The position numbers and the translations under genes were made by a program. Positions 42,892 through 56,988 of a DNA stretch of 64,000 nucleotides are shown here, in pieces. Each line of letters starts with the position of its first letter. Within the stretch, counting starts at the first letter, position 1. This stretch comes from Escherichia coli (GTDB lineage Bacteria; Pseudomonadota; Gammaproteobacteria; Enterobacterales; Enterobacteriaceae), in NCBI RefSeq assembly GCF_003334385.1, contig NZ_QOWN01000002.1; one strand, written 5' to 3'. A model generated the notes under the pieces. That model was not told the DNA's origin, searched no databases, and saw nothing but the letters and a program-made list of their open reading frames with translations.

Positions 42892-43284
42892 TTACGGATT
42901 TACTTTGCGGATCTGTTTGACGTCAATTTCAACAGAATTCCAGTCTTTATCGACTTCACCCTGAATCTCAACCGTATCTTTCGGCGTCACCGTCACGCCG
43001 TTCCAGCGTTTGTGGTCGATATCAACATTGATAGTACCGCTGGCATCTTTGAACACGTAGAGATCGTCAGAGATGCGTTCAACGATATTGCCGCGCAGGG
43101 TTACCCAGGTGTCGTCACGCAGGGATTTTGCGCTTTCTACAGTCGTTACGCTGCCGTTCGGCCCCTGGAATCCTCCGGCCTGACTTTGCGTTGCCGATGG
43201 GCCAGAAAAACCGCCCTGCTCTGCTGCCATCACCGGTGCGCTGCACAGGGCCATTACTGCGATTACTGCTGCGAATTTTTTCAT
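42892..43284 (-). CDS. ygiW: BOF/OB-fold periplasmic stress protein YgiW (VisP)
   Basis: 130 aa from MKKFAAVIAVMALCSAPVMA (signal peptide); divergent from qseBC. Confidence 0.85.
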   Translation of the reverse strand: MKKFAAVIAVMALCSAPVMAAEQGGFSGPSATQSQAGGFQGPNGSVTTVESAKSLRDDTWVTLRGNIVERISDDLYVFKDASGTINVDIDHKRWNGVTVTPKDTVEIQGEVDKDWNSVEIDVKQIRKVNP

Positions 43285-43435
43285 GTTTATTACTCCCTTT
43301 AATGTCTGTTTCCGAGCATTTAACAAGATAGTCCTTAACAACTTCTTAAGGGAAAAAAATAAAATTTAGTGCTGTACAGAGCGCGTTACAACACGGTTTA
43401 CTGGCAGCAAATACGGTTATCGCAGGGATGAAAAA

Positions 43436-44095
43436 ATGCGAATTTTACTGATAGAAGATGACATGCTGATTGGCGACGGCATCAAAACGGGCCTTAGTAA
43501 AATGGGTTTTAGCGTCGACTGGTTTACACAAGGTCGTCAGGGAAAAGAGGCGCTTTATAGCGCACCTTATGATGCGGTGATCCTGGATTTAACCTTACCA
43601 GGCATGGATGGTCGCGATATTTTGCGCGAATGGCGAGAAAAAGGTCAGCGTGAGCCGGTACTGATCCTGACCGCGCGCGATGCGCTGGCGGAACGTGTAG
43701 AAGGGCTGCGTCTGGGAGCTGACGATTATCTGTGTAAACCTTTTGCGTTGATAGAAGTCGCCGCCAGGCTGGAAGCTCTGATGCGCCGAACCAACGGCCA
43801 GGCCAGCAACGAGCTGCGCCACGGTAACGTCATGCTCGACCCCGGCAAACGTATCGCCACGCTGGCTGGCGAACCCTTAACACTGAAACCAAAAGAATTT
43901 GCCCTGCTGGAATTACTGATGCGTAACGCTGGTCGGGTACTGCCGCGCAAACTGATTGAAGAGAAACTGTATACCTGGGACGAAGAGGTCACCAGTAATG
44001 CCGTTGAAGTGCATGTGCATCATCTGCGACGCAAACTCGGTAGTGATTTTATTCGTACCGTGCATGGTATTGGTTACACATTAGGTGAGAAATGA
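43436..44095 (+). CDS. qseB: Two-component response regulator QseB (OmpR family)
   Basis: 219 aa; receiver domain MRILLIEDD...D51 context; winged-helix C-terminus. Confidence 0.95.
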   Translation: MRILLIEDDMLIGDGIKTGLSKMGFSVDWFTQGRQGKEALYSAPYDAVILDLTLPGMDGRDILREWREKGQREPVLILTARDALAERVEGLRLGADDYLCKPFALIEVAARLEALMRRTNGQASNELRHGNVMLDPGKRIATLAGEPLTLKPKEFALLELLMRNAGRVLPRKLIEEKLYTWDEEVTSNAVEVHVHHLRRKLGSDFIRTVHGIGYTLGEK

Positions 44096-45441
44096 AATTT
44101 ACCCAACGTCTTAGTCTGCGCGTCAGGCTGACGCTAATCTTTTTAATTCTGGCCTCGGTGACCTGGCTGCTTTCCAGCTTTGTCGCCTGGAAACAAACAA
44201 CGGATAACGTCGATGAATTGTTCGACACCCAACTGATGCTGTTTGCCAAGCGGTTAAGTACGCTCGATCTCAACGAAATCAACGCGGCGGATCGCATGGC
44301 ACAGACGCCAAATAGATTAAAACACGGTCATGTTGATGACGATGCGCTGACCTTTGCCATCTTTACCCACGACGGCAGAATGGTCCTTAATGATGGCGAT
44401 AACGGAGAAGATATTCCCTATAGCTATCAACGGGAAGGTTTTGCTGACGGGCAACTGGTCGGTGAAGACGATCCTTGGCGTTTTGTCTGGATGACCTCAC
44501 CTGATGGCAAATATCGCATCGTTGTTGGCCAGGAATGGGAATACCGTGAAGACATGGCGCTGGCGATTGTTGCCGGGCAATTGATCCCGTGGCTGGTCGC
44601 ACTGCCGATTATGTTAATCATCATGATGGTACTACTGGGTCGTGAACTCGCGCCGCTGAACAAACTGGCGCTGGCACTACGTATGCGTGACCCTGACTCG
44701 GAAAAACCACTAAACGCGACTGGCGTACCCAGCGAAGTGCGGCCACTGGTTGAGTCGCTAAATCAACTGTTCGCCCGCACACATGCGATGATGGTTCGTG
44801 AACGACGCTTTACCTCCGACGCAGCTCACGAACTTCGTAGCCCGTTAACGGCGCTGAAAGTGCAAACCGAAGTTGCGCAGCTCTCTGACGATGATCCGCA
44901 GGCGCGGAAAAAAGCACTGCTCCAATTACATTCCGGGATCGATCGCGCTACTCGTCTGGTTGATCAACTGCTCACGCTATCGCGGCTGGACTCACTGGAT
45001 AACCTTCAGGACGTCGCGGAGATCCCGCTTGAAGATCTCCTGCAATCGTCGGTGATGGATATTTACCACACGGCGCAGCAGGCGAAAATTGACGTGCGAC
45101 TGACACTCAATGCCCACAGCATCAAACGCACCGGGCAACCGCTATTGCTAAGTTTGTTGGTGCGAAATTTGCTGGATAACGCCGTGCGCTACAGTCCACA
45201 GGGCAGCGTGGTAGACGTCACGCTGAATGCTGATAATTTCATCGTGAGGGATAACGGCCCCGGTGTGACACCAGAGGCACTGGCGCGAATTGGCGAACGC
45301 TTCTATCGCCCACCCGGACAAACCGCTACCGGCAGCGGGCTTGGGCTATCGATTGTCCAGCGAATCGCCAAATTGCATGGCATGAATGTTGAATTTGGGA
45401 ATGCGGAACAAGGTGGATTTGAGGCGAAGGTAAGCTGGTAA
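44092..45441 (+). CDS. qseC: Sensor histidine kinase QseC
   Basis: 449 aa; two TM segments; H-box AAHELRSPL; ATPase G-boxes; 4-nt overlap with qseB. Confidence 0.95.
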   Translation: MKFTQRLSLRVRLTLIFLILASVTWLLSSFVAWKQTTDNVDELFDTQLMLFAKRLSTLDLNEINAADRMAQTPNRLKHGHVDDDALTFAIFTHDGRMVLNDGDNGEDIPYSYQREGFADGQLVGEDDPWRFVWMTSPDGKYRIVVGQEWEYREDMALAIVAGQLIPWLVALPIMLIIMMVLLGRELAPLNKLALALRMRDPDSEKPLNATGVPSEVRPLVESLNQLFARTHAMMVRERRFTSDAAHELRSPLTALKVQTEVAQLSDDDPQARKKALLQLHSGIDRATRLVDQLLTLSRLDSLDNLQDVAEIPLEDLLQSSVMDIYHTAQQAKIDVRLTLNAHSIKRTGQPLLLSLLVRNLLDNAVRYSPQGSVVDVTLNADNFIVRDNGPGVTPEALARIGERFYRPPGQTATGSGLGLSIVQRIAKLHGMNVEFGNAEQGGFEAKVSW

Positions 45442-45447
45442 CTTCTC

Positions 45448-45481
45448 TGTCTATGAGAGCCGTTAAAACGACTCTCATAGA
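45448..45481. terminator. Hairpin between qseC and ygiZ
   Basis: ctatgagag ccgttaaaacgac tctcatag inverted repeat. Confidence 0.45.
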
Positions 45482-45486
45482 TTTTA

Positions 45487-45819
45487 CTAATAGCAAAATA
45501 TAAACCGTCCCCAAAAAAGCCACCAACCACAAACCAGACAAATACCGAGCGAGAATACATATACCCAAAACTCGAACATTTCCCGCATAAAGAGTTTTCT
45601 TAAGATAAGAATAATAAGTGGCGTAAGAAGAAAAAATGCTGCAATCATTGCTTGCAATATACGATCTTCGCCTGAAACGGAAGGTATACTGCAAATATTT
45701 CCTCCCGACTCAAGCATCCAGTCATACTTATTGAAAGCAAAAAAAGAATCTATTAACCAATAAGTAAGCATTATATATAGCAATGCTTCAAATATTGTTT
45801 TAATTTTCTGCTTTAACAT
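45487..45819 (-). CDS. ygiZ: Inner membrane protein YgiZ
   Basis: 110-aa hydrophobic protein; preferred over the overlapping out-of-frame ORF 45326..45694. Confidence 0.7.
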   Translation of the reverse strand: MLKQKIKTIFEALLYIMLTYWLIDSFFAFNKYDWMLESGGNICSIPSVSGEDRILQAMIAAFFLLTPLIILILRKLFMREMFEFWVYVFSLGICLVCGWWLFWGRFIFCY

Positions 45820-46137
45820 ATATCAGTACGCTCATAAAAATCCATTTATAATTATCAACATGACACGTTGATACTTTCATCTTTTACTTATTCAAAGCCA
45901 TATTTTCAATCCCCAAAAAAACCGAACCAAACGTGTAAATTATTCCGGTGCGAGTAAGAATTATGAGGAATGGCTATCAGTATTGTCATTTTCAGAAAAT
46001 ATTTATCCTGCATCGGTGAGTCAGAGTAAGATCAGACTTTTGCTAAATTCGCAAAAGACTTTGCACATTTTGCTAATTTCACCGTACCGCTCTGTGACGT
46101 ACTATAGTCGGCAAACGTCTCACCTTGAGGTTAAAAA

Positions 46138-46719
46138 ATGAGCAACATCCTGATTATCAACGGCGCGAAAAAATTCGCCCACTCCAATGGTCAACTGAAC
46201 GACACCCTGACCGAAGTCGCGGATGGCACACTGCGCGACCTTGGGCATGATGTCCGCATCGTTCGCGCCGACAGCGACTACGATGTCAAAGCGGAAGTAC
46301 AAAACTTTCTCTGGGCTGATGTGGTGATCTGGCAGATGCCAGGCTGGTGGATGGGCGCGCCGTGGACAGTGAAAAAATACATTGATGATGTATTCACCGA
46401 AGGTCACGGGACGCTGTATGCCAGCGATGGTCGTACCCGCAAAGATCCGTCGAAAAAATACGGTTCCGGCGGCCTGGTACAGGGCAAAAAATATATGCTT
46501 TCTCTGACCTGGAACGCACCAATGGAAGCCTTCACCGAAAAAGATCAGTTCTTCCACGGCGTTGGCGTTGACGGTGTGTATCTGCCGTTCCATAAAGCAA
46601 ACCAATTCCTCGGTATGGAACCGCTGCCGACATTTATCGCTAATGACGTGATAAAAATGCCTGATGTTCCCCGCTATACTGAAGAATATCGCAAGCATCT
46701 TGTGGAAATTTTTGGTTAA
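46138..46719 (+). CDS. mdaB: NADPH:quinone oxidoreductase MdaB
   Basis: 193 aa, flavodoxin-like fold, MSNILIINGAKKFAHSNGQLN. Confidence 0.95.
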   Translation: MSNILIINGAKKFAHSNGQLNDTLTEVADGTLRDLGHDVRIVRADSDYDVKAEVQNFLWADVVIWQMPGWWMGAPWTVKKYIDDVFTEGHGTLYASDGRTRKDPSKKYGSGGLVQGKKYMLSLTWNAPMEAFTEKDQFFHGVGVDGVYLPFHKANQFLGMEPLPTFIANDVIKMPDVPRYTEEYRKHLVEIFG

Positions 46720-46749
46720 CTAGAGCTCAGGCTTTAGAAGGAGTTAACC

Positions 46750-47064
46750 ATGCTTACCGTAATCGCAGAAATCCGTACTCGTCCTGGTCAACATCACCGT
46801 CAGGCGGTATTGGATCAGTTTGCTAAAATCGTTCCAACCGTACTGAAAGAAGAAGGTTGCCACGGCTATGCGCCAATGGTGGATTGCGCAGCTGGCGTGA
46901 GTTTCCAGTCTATGGCACCGGATTCTATCGTGATGATTGAGCAGTGGGAAAGCATCGCGCATCTTGAAGCGCATCTGCAAACCCCGCACATGAAGGCGTA
47001 TAGCGAAGCCGTAAAAGGTGACGTGCTGGAGATGAATATCCGTATTCTGCAGCCAGGGATTTAA
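46750..47064 (+). CDS. ygiN: Quinol monooxygenase YgiN
   Basis: 104 aa, ABM-domain, MLTVIAEIRTRPG. Confidence 0.9.
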   Translation: MLTVIAEIRTRPGQHHRQAVLDQFAKIVPTVLKEEGCHGYAPMVDCAAGVSFQSMAPDSIVMIEQWESIAHLEAHLQTPHMKAYSEAVKGDVLEMNIRILQPGI

Positions 47065-47111
47065 TCCTGCCTTGTTTGCCCGGCCATCCTGACCGGGCAA
47101 TGTTCTTTCCT

Positions 47112-49007
<1,896 letters not shown>

Positions 49008-49032
49008 TTAAGTTAGTAATTCGAGTTGATCG

Positions 49033-49614
49033 TCAGAGATGGTGCAGACCAAGAAAATCGACGATCGGGTTGAAATAATCTTCGAAGCCCGTGAATGCGT
49101 GGTTGCCGCCTTCTATGACAGTCTGGCGGCAGGAAGCGTAGTACGCCACCGCCTGGCGGTAATCCAGCACTTCATCTCCCGTCTGTTGCAGCAGCCAGAT
49201 CAAATCCGGCGCTTCCAGCGGGTCAATCTGCATGACTTTAAGATCGTAAATATGGCGTGACTCTAGCACATATTGCTGCCCGGTGTAGGGGTTCTCGTTC
49301 TGACCGAGATAGTCCGTCAGCAGTTCAAACGGGCGCACCGCCGGGTTTACCACCACTGCGGGCAGCATAAAACATTGTGACAACCAGGTGGCGTAATATC
49401 CCCCCAGTGACGAACCGACAATACCCAGCGAATCACCGCCATGTTCCAGGACAATGGATTCCAGCAGCTCTGCCGCGTCGGAAGGATACGGCGGCAACTG
49501 CGGAATGATCATCTCAACGTCAGGGTGATGTTCCGCCAGCCAGTTTTTTAACAAGCTCGCTTTTGCAGAGCGCGGCGAGCTGTTGAAACCGTGTAAATAA
49601 AGAAGCGTAGACAT
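49033..49614 (-). CDS. yqiA: Esterase YqiA (alpha/beta hydrolase)
   Basis: 193 aa; [13 protein letters not shown] and GSSLGG nucleophile elbow. Confidence 0.85.
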   Translation of the reverse strand: MSTLLYLHGFNSSPRSAKASLLKNWLAEHHPDVEMIIPQLPPYPSDAAELLESIVLEHGGDSLGIVGSSLGGYYATWLSQCFMLPAVVVNPAVRPFELLTDYLGQNENPYTGQQYVLESRHIYDLKVMQIDPLEAPDLIWLLQQTGDEVLDYRQAVAYYASCRQTVIEGGNHAFTGFEDYFNPIVDFLGLHHL

Positions 49615-50441
49615 CAGTAGCCTTCTGAAGCGGTATCAGGTTGGAAACGTGTGTCCGCCAGGCGATGCACCTCGGTGGTCAGCGTGCCATCAGCATGTAA
49701 CTCGAGAGTACGCCAGCCGGGCGCGATGGTATCCAGCGTAAAGTTGGAACAGTGCGGCTTAAACTGCACACAGGTCGACGGCGTTGCCAGCAGGCGGCGA
49801 CCATTCCAGTCGAGATCCAGCTCCTGATGAATATGACCGCACAGCAAGTATTTGACGTGCGGAAACTTCGCCAGCACGGTATCCAGTTCGCCCGCGTTAC
49901 GCAGACTGTGTTGATCGAGCCAACTACAACCCGCAGGTAGCGGATGATGATGCAGCAGCAGCAACGTATGGCGTTCTGGCGCATCGGCCAGTTTACGTTC
50001 CAGCCACTCAAGCTGAAACTCGCTCAGCTCACCGTGCGGCACGCCAAACACCTGGCTATCCAGCAACAGGATTTGCCATTGCTCACCAATAAACACGCGC
50101 TTCGCCGGGGAGATACCCGCATCCTGTAACGCGCTGTACATCGCGGGCTGGAAATCGTGGTTGCCCGGCAGCCAGACGCAGGGCGCACGAAAACTTGCGA
50201 TGCCTTCAGCGAAATGCTGATAGGCCGCAGAGGATTGATCCTGCGCTAAATCACCTGTCGCGACAATCAGGTCGAATTCGTGCTGGTGTGGCCGAATCGC
50301 CTCCAGCACCGCCTGGTAACTCTCCCAGGTGTTTACCCCTAACAGGGCTTCGTGCTTTTGTGCAAACAGGTGAGTGTCGGTAATTTGTAAAATCCTGACT
50401 CTGGCCTCACCAGCCAGAGGAAGGGTTAACAGGCTTTCCAA
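49614..50441 (-). CDS. cpdA: 3',5'-cyclic AMP phosphodiesterase CpdA
   Basis: 275 aa; calcineurin-like metallophosphoesterase motifs (ITDTH, GDLAQD, GNHD); 1-nt overlap with yqiA. Confidence 0.9.
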   Translation of the reverse strand: MESLLTLPLAGEARVRILQITDTHLFAQKHEALLGVNTWESYQAVLEAIRPHQHEFDLIVATGDLAQDQSSAAYQHFAEGIASFRAPCVWLPGNHDFQPAMYSALQDAGISPAKRVFIGEQWQILLLDSQVFGVPHGELSEFQLEWLERKLADAPERHTLLLLHHHPLPAGCSWLDQHSLRNAGELDTVLAKFPHVKYLLCGHIHQELDLDWNGRRLLATPSTCVQFKPHCSNFTLDTIAPGWRTLELHADGTLTTEVHRLADTRFQPDTASEGY

Positions 50442-50465
50442 ATGGTGTCCTTAGGTTTCACGACG

Positions 50466-50888
50466 CTAATAAACCGGAATCGCCATCGCTCCATGTGCTA
50501 AACAGTATCGCAACCAGTCCGCTAAAAACTGATTAATTTGATGCTTTTCGTCGCGTTGATGCAACTTTTTATTAGGATAATCATACCGCGCTTTGAAGCG
50601 AAAAATCTGCTGGCTTGAACACACTTCAGCCACCATCGCGTCATGATACAGACGCACCGTCATTGACGGAAGGCTCCAGTAACTGATCGCGGGCGCAGTC
50701 TGTTCTATTGTCACCAGGGTAGTGTATCGGGTCGATTCCACAATCGTCAGCCGATATTGTGCGTTTGCCACCTGATAGCTTACAGTTTCGCCGGGTGCGT
50801 CATTGCGCGGTAACAAACGGCGCAATTGTGAAAAGTTCATCTCGCACAGGCGCATCATTTCAGGAAAGTCAGGTGTGTAACGCTTCAT
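50466..50888 (-). CDS. yqiB: DUF1249 protein YqiB
   Basis: 140-aa ORF abutting nudF. Confidence 0.8.
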
Positions 50889-51518
50889 TTATGCCCACTC
50901 ATTTTTTAACGCTTGATGATGCAGCTGCAGCCATTGCAAAGCGATGACCGACGCTGCGTTGTCGATTTTCCCCTCTTCTACCCACTGGTATGCCTGTTCC
51001 CGGCTTACCACATGAACGCGAATATCTTCGTTTTCATCAGCCAGACCGTGAATACCGCTTGCGGTCGTGGCGTCCACTTCGCCCACCATAATTGACGAAC
51101 GCTCACTGGTGCCCCCCGGGCTTGCCAGGAAACTTAACACCGGTTTGGTCCGTTTGACTATCAGTCCCGCCTCTTCAATCGCTTCGCGACGGGCAACATC
51201 TTCCACACTTTCACCCTCTTCAATCATCCCGGCAACCATCTCCAGTAGCCAAGGGGTTTCGCTGGTGTCGTACGCGGCAATCCGAATCTGCTCAATCAGC
51301 ACAACTTCATCACGCACTGGGTCAAAGGGTAGCAAGACTGCGGCGTGACCGCGCTCAAAAATTTCCCGCCGCACCTCATGACTCATTTGCCCGTTGAATA
51401 GACGATGACGAAATCTATAAAGATCTAATGAAAAAAAGCCGCGATAAAGTGTTTCTCGTGCAATAATTTCTACATCGTTTTTGCCAAATGTAACGGGCAG
51501 GTTGTCTGGCTTAAGCAT
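50889..51518 (-). CDS. nudF: ADP-ribose pyrophosphatase NudF
   Basis: 209 aa; Nudix box [22 protein letters not shown]. Confidence 0.9.
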
Positions 51519-51722
51519 TGTTAATGTCCTGGCACTAATAGTGAATTAAATGTGAATTTCAGCGACGTTTGACTGCCGTTTGAGCAGTCATGTGTTAAAT
51601 TGAGGCACATTAACGCCCTATGGCACGTAACGCCAACCTTTTGCGGTAGCGGCTTCTGCTAGAATCCGCAATAATTTTACAGTTTGATCGCGCTAAATAC
51701 TGCTTCACCACAAGGAATGCAA

Positions 51723-53204
51723 ATGAAGAAATTGCTCCCCATTCTTATCGGCCTGAGCCTTTCTGGGTTCAGTTCGTTGAGCCAGGCCGAGAACCTGATG
51801 CAAGTTTATCAGCAAGCACGCCTTAGTAACCCGGAATTGCGTAAGTCTGCCGCCGATCGTGATGCTGCCTTTGAAAAAATTAATGAAGCGCGCAGTCCAT
51901 TACTGCCACAGCTAGGTTTAGGTGCAGATTACACCTATAGCAACGGCTACCGCGACGCGAACGGCATCAACTCTAACGCGACCAGTGCGTCCTTGCAGTT
52001 AACTCAATCCATTTTTGATATGTCGAAATGGCGTGCGTTAACGCTGCAGGAAAAAGCAGCAGGGATTCAGGACGTCACGTATCAGACCGATCAGCAAACC
52101 TTGATCCTCAACACCGCGACCGCTTATTTCAACGTGTTGAATGCTATTGACGTTCTTTCCTATACACAGGCACAAAAAGAAGCGATCTACCGTCAATTAG
52201 ATCAAACCACCCAACGTTTTAACGTGGGCCTGGTAGCGATCACCGACGTGCAGAACGCCCGCGCACAGTACGATACCGTGCTGGCGAACGAAGTGACCGC
52301 ACGTAATAACCTTGATAACGCGGTAGAGCAGCTGCGCCAGATCACCGGTAACTACTATCCGGAACTGGCTGCGCTGAATGTCGAAAACTTTAAAACCGAC
52401 AAACCACAGCCGGTTAACGCGCTGCTGAAAGAAGCCGAAAAACGCAACCTGTCGCTGTTACAGGCACGCTTGAGCCAGGACCTGGCGCGCGAGCAAATTC
52501 GCCAGGCGCAGGATGGTCACTTACCGACTCTGGATTTAACGGCTTCTACCGGGATTTCTGACACCTCTTATAGCGGTTCGAAAACCCGTGGTGCCGCTGG
52601 TACCCAGTATGACGATAGCAATATGGGCCAGAACAAAGTTGGCCTGAGCTTCTCGCTGCCGATTTATCAGGGCGGAATGGTTAACTCGCAGGTGAAACAG
52701 GCACAGTACAACTTTGTCGGTGCCAGCGAGCAACTGGAAAGTGCCCATCGTAGCGTCGTGCAGACCGTGCGTTCCTCCTTCAACAACATTAATGCATCTA
52801 TCAGTAGCATTAACGCCTACAAACAAGCCGTAGTTTCCGCTCAAAGCTCATTAGACGCGATGGAAGCGGGCTACTCGGTCGGTACGCGTACCATTGTTGA
52901 TGTGTTGGATGCGACCACCACGTTGTACAACGCCAAGCAAGAGCTGGCGAATGCGCGTTATAACTACCTGATTAATCAGCTGAATATTAAGTCAGCTCTG
53001 GGTACGTTGAACGAGCAGGATCTGCTGGCACTGAACAATGCGCTGAGCAAACCGGTTTCCACTAATCCGGAAAACGTTGCACCGCAAACGCCGGAACAGA
53101 ATGCTATTGCTGATGGTTATGCGCCTGATAGCCCGGCACCAGTCGTTCAGCAAACATCCGCACGCACTACCACCAGTAACGGTCATAACCCTTTCCGTAA
53201 CTGA
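51723..53204 (+). CDS. tolC: Outer membrane efflux channel TolC
   Basis: 493 aa from MKKLLPILIGLSLSGFSSLSQA (signal peptide); the ORF-track start at 51684 is an extension. Confidence 0.95.
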   Translation: MKKLLPILIGLSLSGFSSLSQAENLMQVYQQARLSNPELRKSAADRDAAFEKINEARSPLLPQLGLGADYTYSNGYRDANGINSNATSASLQLTQSIFDMSKWRALTLQEKAAGIQDVTYQTDQQTLILNTATAYFNVLNAIDVLSYTQAQKEAIYRQLDQTTQRFNVGLVAITDVQNARAQYDTVLANEVTARNNLDNAVEQLRQITGNYYPELAALNVENFKTDKPQPVNALLKEAEKRNLSLLQARLSQDLAREQIRQAQDGHLPTLDLTASTGISDTSYSGSKTRGAAGTQYDDSNMGQNKVGLSFSLPIYQGGMVNSQVKQAQYNFVGASEQLESAHRSVVQTVRSSFNNINASISSINAYKQAVVSAQSSLDAMEAGYSVGTRTIVDVLDATTTLYNAKQELANARYNYLINQLNIKSALGTLNEQDLLALNNALSKPVSTNPENVAPQTPEQNAIADGYAPDSPAPVVQQTSARTTTSNGHNPFRN

Positions 53205-53351
53205 TGACGACGACGGGGCTTCGGCCCCGTCTGAACGTAAGGCAACGTAAAGATACGGGTTATCTGCCGCATTCTTCCCCCTTCTCGCTTCAATTTCGAC
53301 CAGCCATCCTCTATTCTGATGGGTATTTACCACTGGTCCCGGAAGACAAAA

Positions 53352-54023
53352 ATGAAACGGACAAAATCCATACGCCACGCATCGTTCCGCAAAAACTGGA
53401 GCGCACGCCATCTGACACCAGTCGCTCTCGCGGTTGCCACTGTTTTTATGCTGGCTGGCTGTGAAAAGAGTGATGAAACAGTGTCTCTCTATCAAAATGC
53501 TGACGACTGTTCAGCTGCAAACCCAGGCAAAAGCGCCGAATGTACCACCGCGTACAACAATGCGCTGAAAGAAGCCGAACGTACTGCGCCGAAATACGCC
53601 ACCCGTGAAGACTGTGTTGCTGAATTTGGTGAAGGTCAGTGCCAGCAGGCACCAGCCCAGGCTGGCATGGCACCAGAAAACCAGGCGCAGGCCCAGCAAT
53701 CCAGCGGGAGTTTCTGGATGCCGCTGATGGCCGGTTACATGATGGGGCGTCTGATGGGCGGCGGCGCGGGATTTGCACAGCAGCCGCTGTTCTCCTCGAA
53801 AAACCCAGCCAGTCCGGCTTACGGTAAATATACCGACGCGACGGGTAAAAACTATGGCGCAGCCCAGCCAGGCCGCACCATGACCGTACCGAAGACGGCA
53901 ATGGCACCAAAACCGGCGACCACCACTACCGTTACCCGTGGCGGTTTTGGTGAATCTGTTGCCAAACAAAGCACTATGCAGCGTAGTGCAACCGGTACCT
54001 CTTCTCGTTCAATGGGTGGCTGA
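53352..54023 (+). CDS. ygiB: DUF1190 lipoprotein YgiB
   Basis: 223 aa from [11 protein letters not shown]; lipobox LAGC; glycine/methionine-rich. Confidence 0.8.
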
Positions 54024-54028
54024 TACCG

Positions 54029-55189
54029 ATGGAAAGAGTCAGTATTACCGAGCGCCCGGACTGGCGTGAGAAAGCCCACGAATACGGTTTCAATTTTCAC
54101 ACCATGTACGGCGAGCCGTACTGGTGTGAAGATGCTTACTACAAGTTGACCCTCGCCCAGGTTGAAAAGCTGGAAGAAGTCACCGCCGAACTGCACCAGA
54201 TGTGCCTGAAAGTGGTGGAAAAAGTGATCGCCAGCGATGAGCTGATGACCAAATTCCGCATTCCAAAACACACCTGGAGTTTTGTGCGCCAGTCATGGCT
54301 GACGCACCAGCCATCGCTTTATTCGCGTCTTGATCTGGCGTGGGATGGCACTGGTGAACCTAAACTTCTGGAAAATAACGCCGATACGCCAACGTCACTA
54401 TACGAGGCGGCGTTCTTTCAGTGGATCTGGCTGGAAGATCAGCTTAACGCCGGTAACTTGCCGGAGGGCAGCGACCAGTTTAACAGTCTGCAAGAAAAAC
54501 TGATCGATCGCTTCGTTGAGCTGCGTGAACAGTATGGCTTCCAGTTGCTGCATCTCACCTGCTGTCGCGACACGGTGGAAGATCGCGGAACCATTCAGTA
54601 TTTGCAGGACTGCGCAACGGAAGCTGAAATTGCTACTGAGTTCCTCTACATCGATGATATCGGGTTAGGTGAAAAAGGTCAGTTCACGGATTTACAGGAT
54701 CAGGTAATTTCCAACCTGTTCAAACTGTATCCGTGGGAATTTATGTTGCGTGAGATGTTCTCAACCAAGCTGGAGGATGCAGGCGTACGCTGGCTGGAAC
54801 CGGCGTGGAAGAGCATTATCTCCAACAAGGCACTTCTACCGCTACTGTGGGAGATGTTCCCGAATCACCCGAACCTGCTGCCCGCTTATTTTGCGGAAGA
54901 TGATCATCCGCAAATGGAAAAATATGTGGTTAAACCGATCTTCTCCCGTGAAGGCGCAAACGTGTCGATCATTGAGAACGGCAAAACCATTGAAGCAGCG
55001 GAAGGTCCGTATGGCGAAGAAGGGATGATTGTTCAGCAATTCCACCCGTTACCGAAATTCGGCGACAGCTATATGCTGATTGGTAGCTGGCTGGTGAACG
55101 ATCAACCCGCCGGAATTGGCATTCGTGAAGACCGTGCATTGATCACCCAGGATATGTCTCGGTTTTATCCACATATTTTTGTTGAATAA
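54029..55189 (+). CDS. ygiC: Glutathionylspermidine-synthase-like ATP-grasp protein YgiC
   Basis: 386 aa; paralogous to the C-terminal synthetase domain of Gss in this same window. Confidence 0.85.
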
Positions 55190-55226
55190 GCCACGATACC
55201 GGATGGCACTCGCCATCCGGTAATTG

Positions 55227-56042
55227 TTAGCCTATCTGCACCGACAGCATACTCAGGCTGCCCATTTCTATACCCTCAACCGGAATGGTAATTGGCTCCT
55301 GCCCATCCCACGCACCTAACACATACAACAACGGCAAATAATGCTCTGGCGTTGGGTTCGATAACGTGCCACCTTCATGGTCGAGGTAATTCACCAGAGG
55401 ATGTTGTTCCACTGGCCCTTGCCACGTCAGATTCGCTTTCACATACTCATTAAACGACGTCGCCCACGGATACGGTGAACTATCACCGTGCCACTTCACT
55501 GTGCGCAGGTTATGCACCACGTTACCGCTGGCGACCAACATTATTCCTTCATCTCGCAGCGCTGCCAGTTTGCGCCCCATTTCGAAATGCCAGGCGGCAG
55601 GTTTGCTACTGTCGATACTCAACTGCACCATCGGGATATCAGCGTCAGGATACATCTTAATCAGCACGCCCCACGAGCCGTGGTCAAAGCCCCAGGCTTC
55701 TTTATCCAGCGTCACCGGGATCGGCGCTAACAGCTCAACCAGACGCTGTGCCAGCGCAGGCGAACCCGGAGCAGGATAATGCGTATCGTACAGCGCCTGC
55801 GGGAAGCCACCAAAGTCATGAATCGTGGGCGGCGTCTCCATCGCGGTCACTCCTGTTCCACGGGTAAACCAGTGAGCCGAAACCACCACAATCGCTTGCG
55901 GGCGTGGCAATGTCATCCCCAACTTCTGCCAGCTGCGGGTATACAAATTATCTTCCAGCACGTTCATCGGACTACCGTGACCTAAAAACAATGCTGGCAT
56001 ACGTGTTGAAGACATGATGATATCCTTAACTAAAGGTGTCAT
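55227..56042 (-). CDS. ygiD: Extradiol (DOPA-dioxygenase-like) ring-cleavage enzyme YgiD
   Basis: 271-aa ORF at the K-12 ygiD position; the true start may be the internal Met MSSTRMPALFLGHGSP. Confidence 0.75.
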   Translation of the reverse strand: MTPLVKDIIMSSTRMPALFLGHGSPMNVLEDNLYTRSWQKLGMTLPRPQAIVVVSAHWFTRGTGVTAMETPPTIHDFGGFPQALYDTHYPAPGSPALAQRLVELLAPIPVTLDKEAWGFDHGSWGVLIKMYPDADIPMVQLSIDSSKPAAWHFEMGRKLAALRDEGIMLVASGNVVHNLRTVKWHGDSSPYPWATSFNEYVKANLTWQGPVEQHPLVNYLDHEGGTLSNPTPEHYLPLLYVLGAWDGQEPITIPVEGIEMGSLSMLSVQIG

Positions 56043-56157
56043 TTTGATATCCTCACAATACGCTTGTTCGGCGGAGTAAGAACCCGGATAACAATGATGA
56101 TGATCATCAGTTATTTTGACGATCTGCCTGAAGGTGAAGATTTATAAGGAGTTGTCG

Positions 56158-56931
56158 ATGTCAGTACCTCTCATTCTGACCATACTGGCGGGGGCAGCCA
56201 CGTTTATTGGCGCGTTTCTCGGCGTTCTCGGGCAAAAACCCTCGAACCGCTTACTGGCGTTTTCGCTAGGTTTTGCGGCGGGGATCATGTTGCTCATCTC
56301 ATTAATGGAAATGCTTCCTGCCGCACTAGCAGCTGAAGGAATGTCGCCTGTGTTGGGTTATGGAATGTTTATCTTCGGTCTGCTTGGCTATTTTGGCCTG
56401 GACCGCATGTTGCCACATGCTCATCCGCAGGATTTAATGCAAAAATCGGTGCAGCCGTTGCCAAAATCGATCAAGCGCACAGCCATTCTGCTCACTCTCG
56501 GCATCAGTCTGCATAACTTCCCGGAAGGGATTGCCACCTTTGTCACGGCGAGCAGCAACCTGGAGCTGGGATTTGGCATCGCACTGGCCGTCGCGTTGCA
56601 CAATATCCCTGAAGGTCTGGCAGTGGCAGGCCCGGTTTATGCGGCAACGGGGTCTAAACGCACCGCGATTCTGTGGGCGGGAATTTCTGGACTAGCAGAA
56701 ATTCTTGGTGGTGTGCTGGCGTGGTTAATCCTCGGTAGCATGATTTCCCCGGTGGTCATGGCGGCAATCATGGCGGCGGTTGCAGGAATTATGGTGGCGC
56801 TCTCGGTTGATGAATTAATGCCGCTCGCCAAAGAGATTGACCCTAATAATAACCCCAGCTATGGCGTACTATGTGGAATGTCAGTGATGGGATTCAGTTT
56901 AGTGCTGCTACAAACGGCGGGAATTGGTTAA
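56158..56931 (+). CDS. zupT: ZIP-family zinc transporter ZupT
   Basis: 257 aa from [19 protein letters not shown]; His-rich and HNxPEG motifs (LHNFPEG, LHNIPEG). Confidence 0.9.
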
Positions 56932-56940
56932 AAACAACAT

Positions 56941-56971
56941 CAGAAGTTGTCCAGCGCATGGACAACTTCTG
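56941..56971. terminator. Hairpin after zupT
   Basis: Perfect 12-bp inverted repeat cagaagttgtcc / ggacaacttctg. Confidence 0.55.
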
Positions 56972-56988
56972 CCAGCTTCACGAAAGCC

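Noticed and set aside
45326-45694. 122-aa minus-strand ORF overlapping ygiZ
   Set aside because: It is out of frame with and overlaps the 110-aa hydrophobic YgiZ ORF (45487..45819), which matches the expected membrane protein.
53204-53464. 86-aa ORF between tolC and ygiB
   Set aside because: It overlaps the ygiB start and has no convincing ribosome-binding site; more likely intergenic sequence of the tolC-ygiBC operon than a real gene, though I cannot exclude a small protein.
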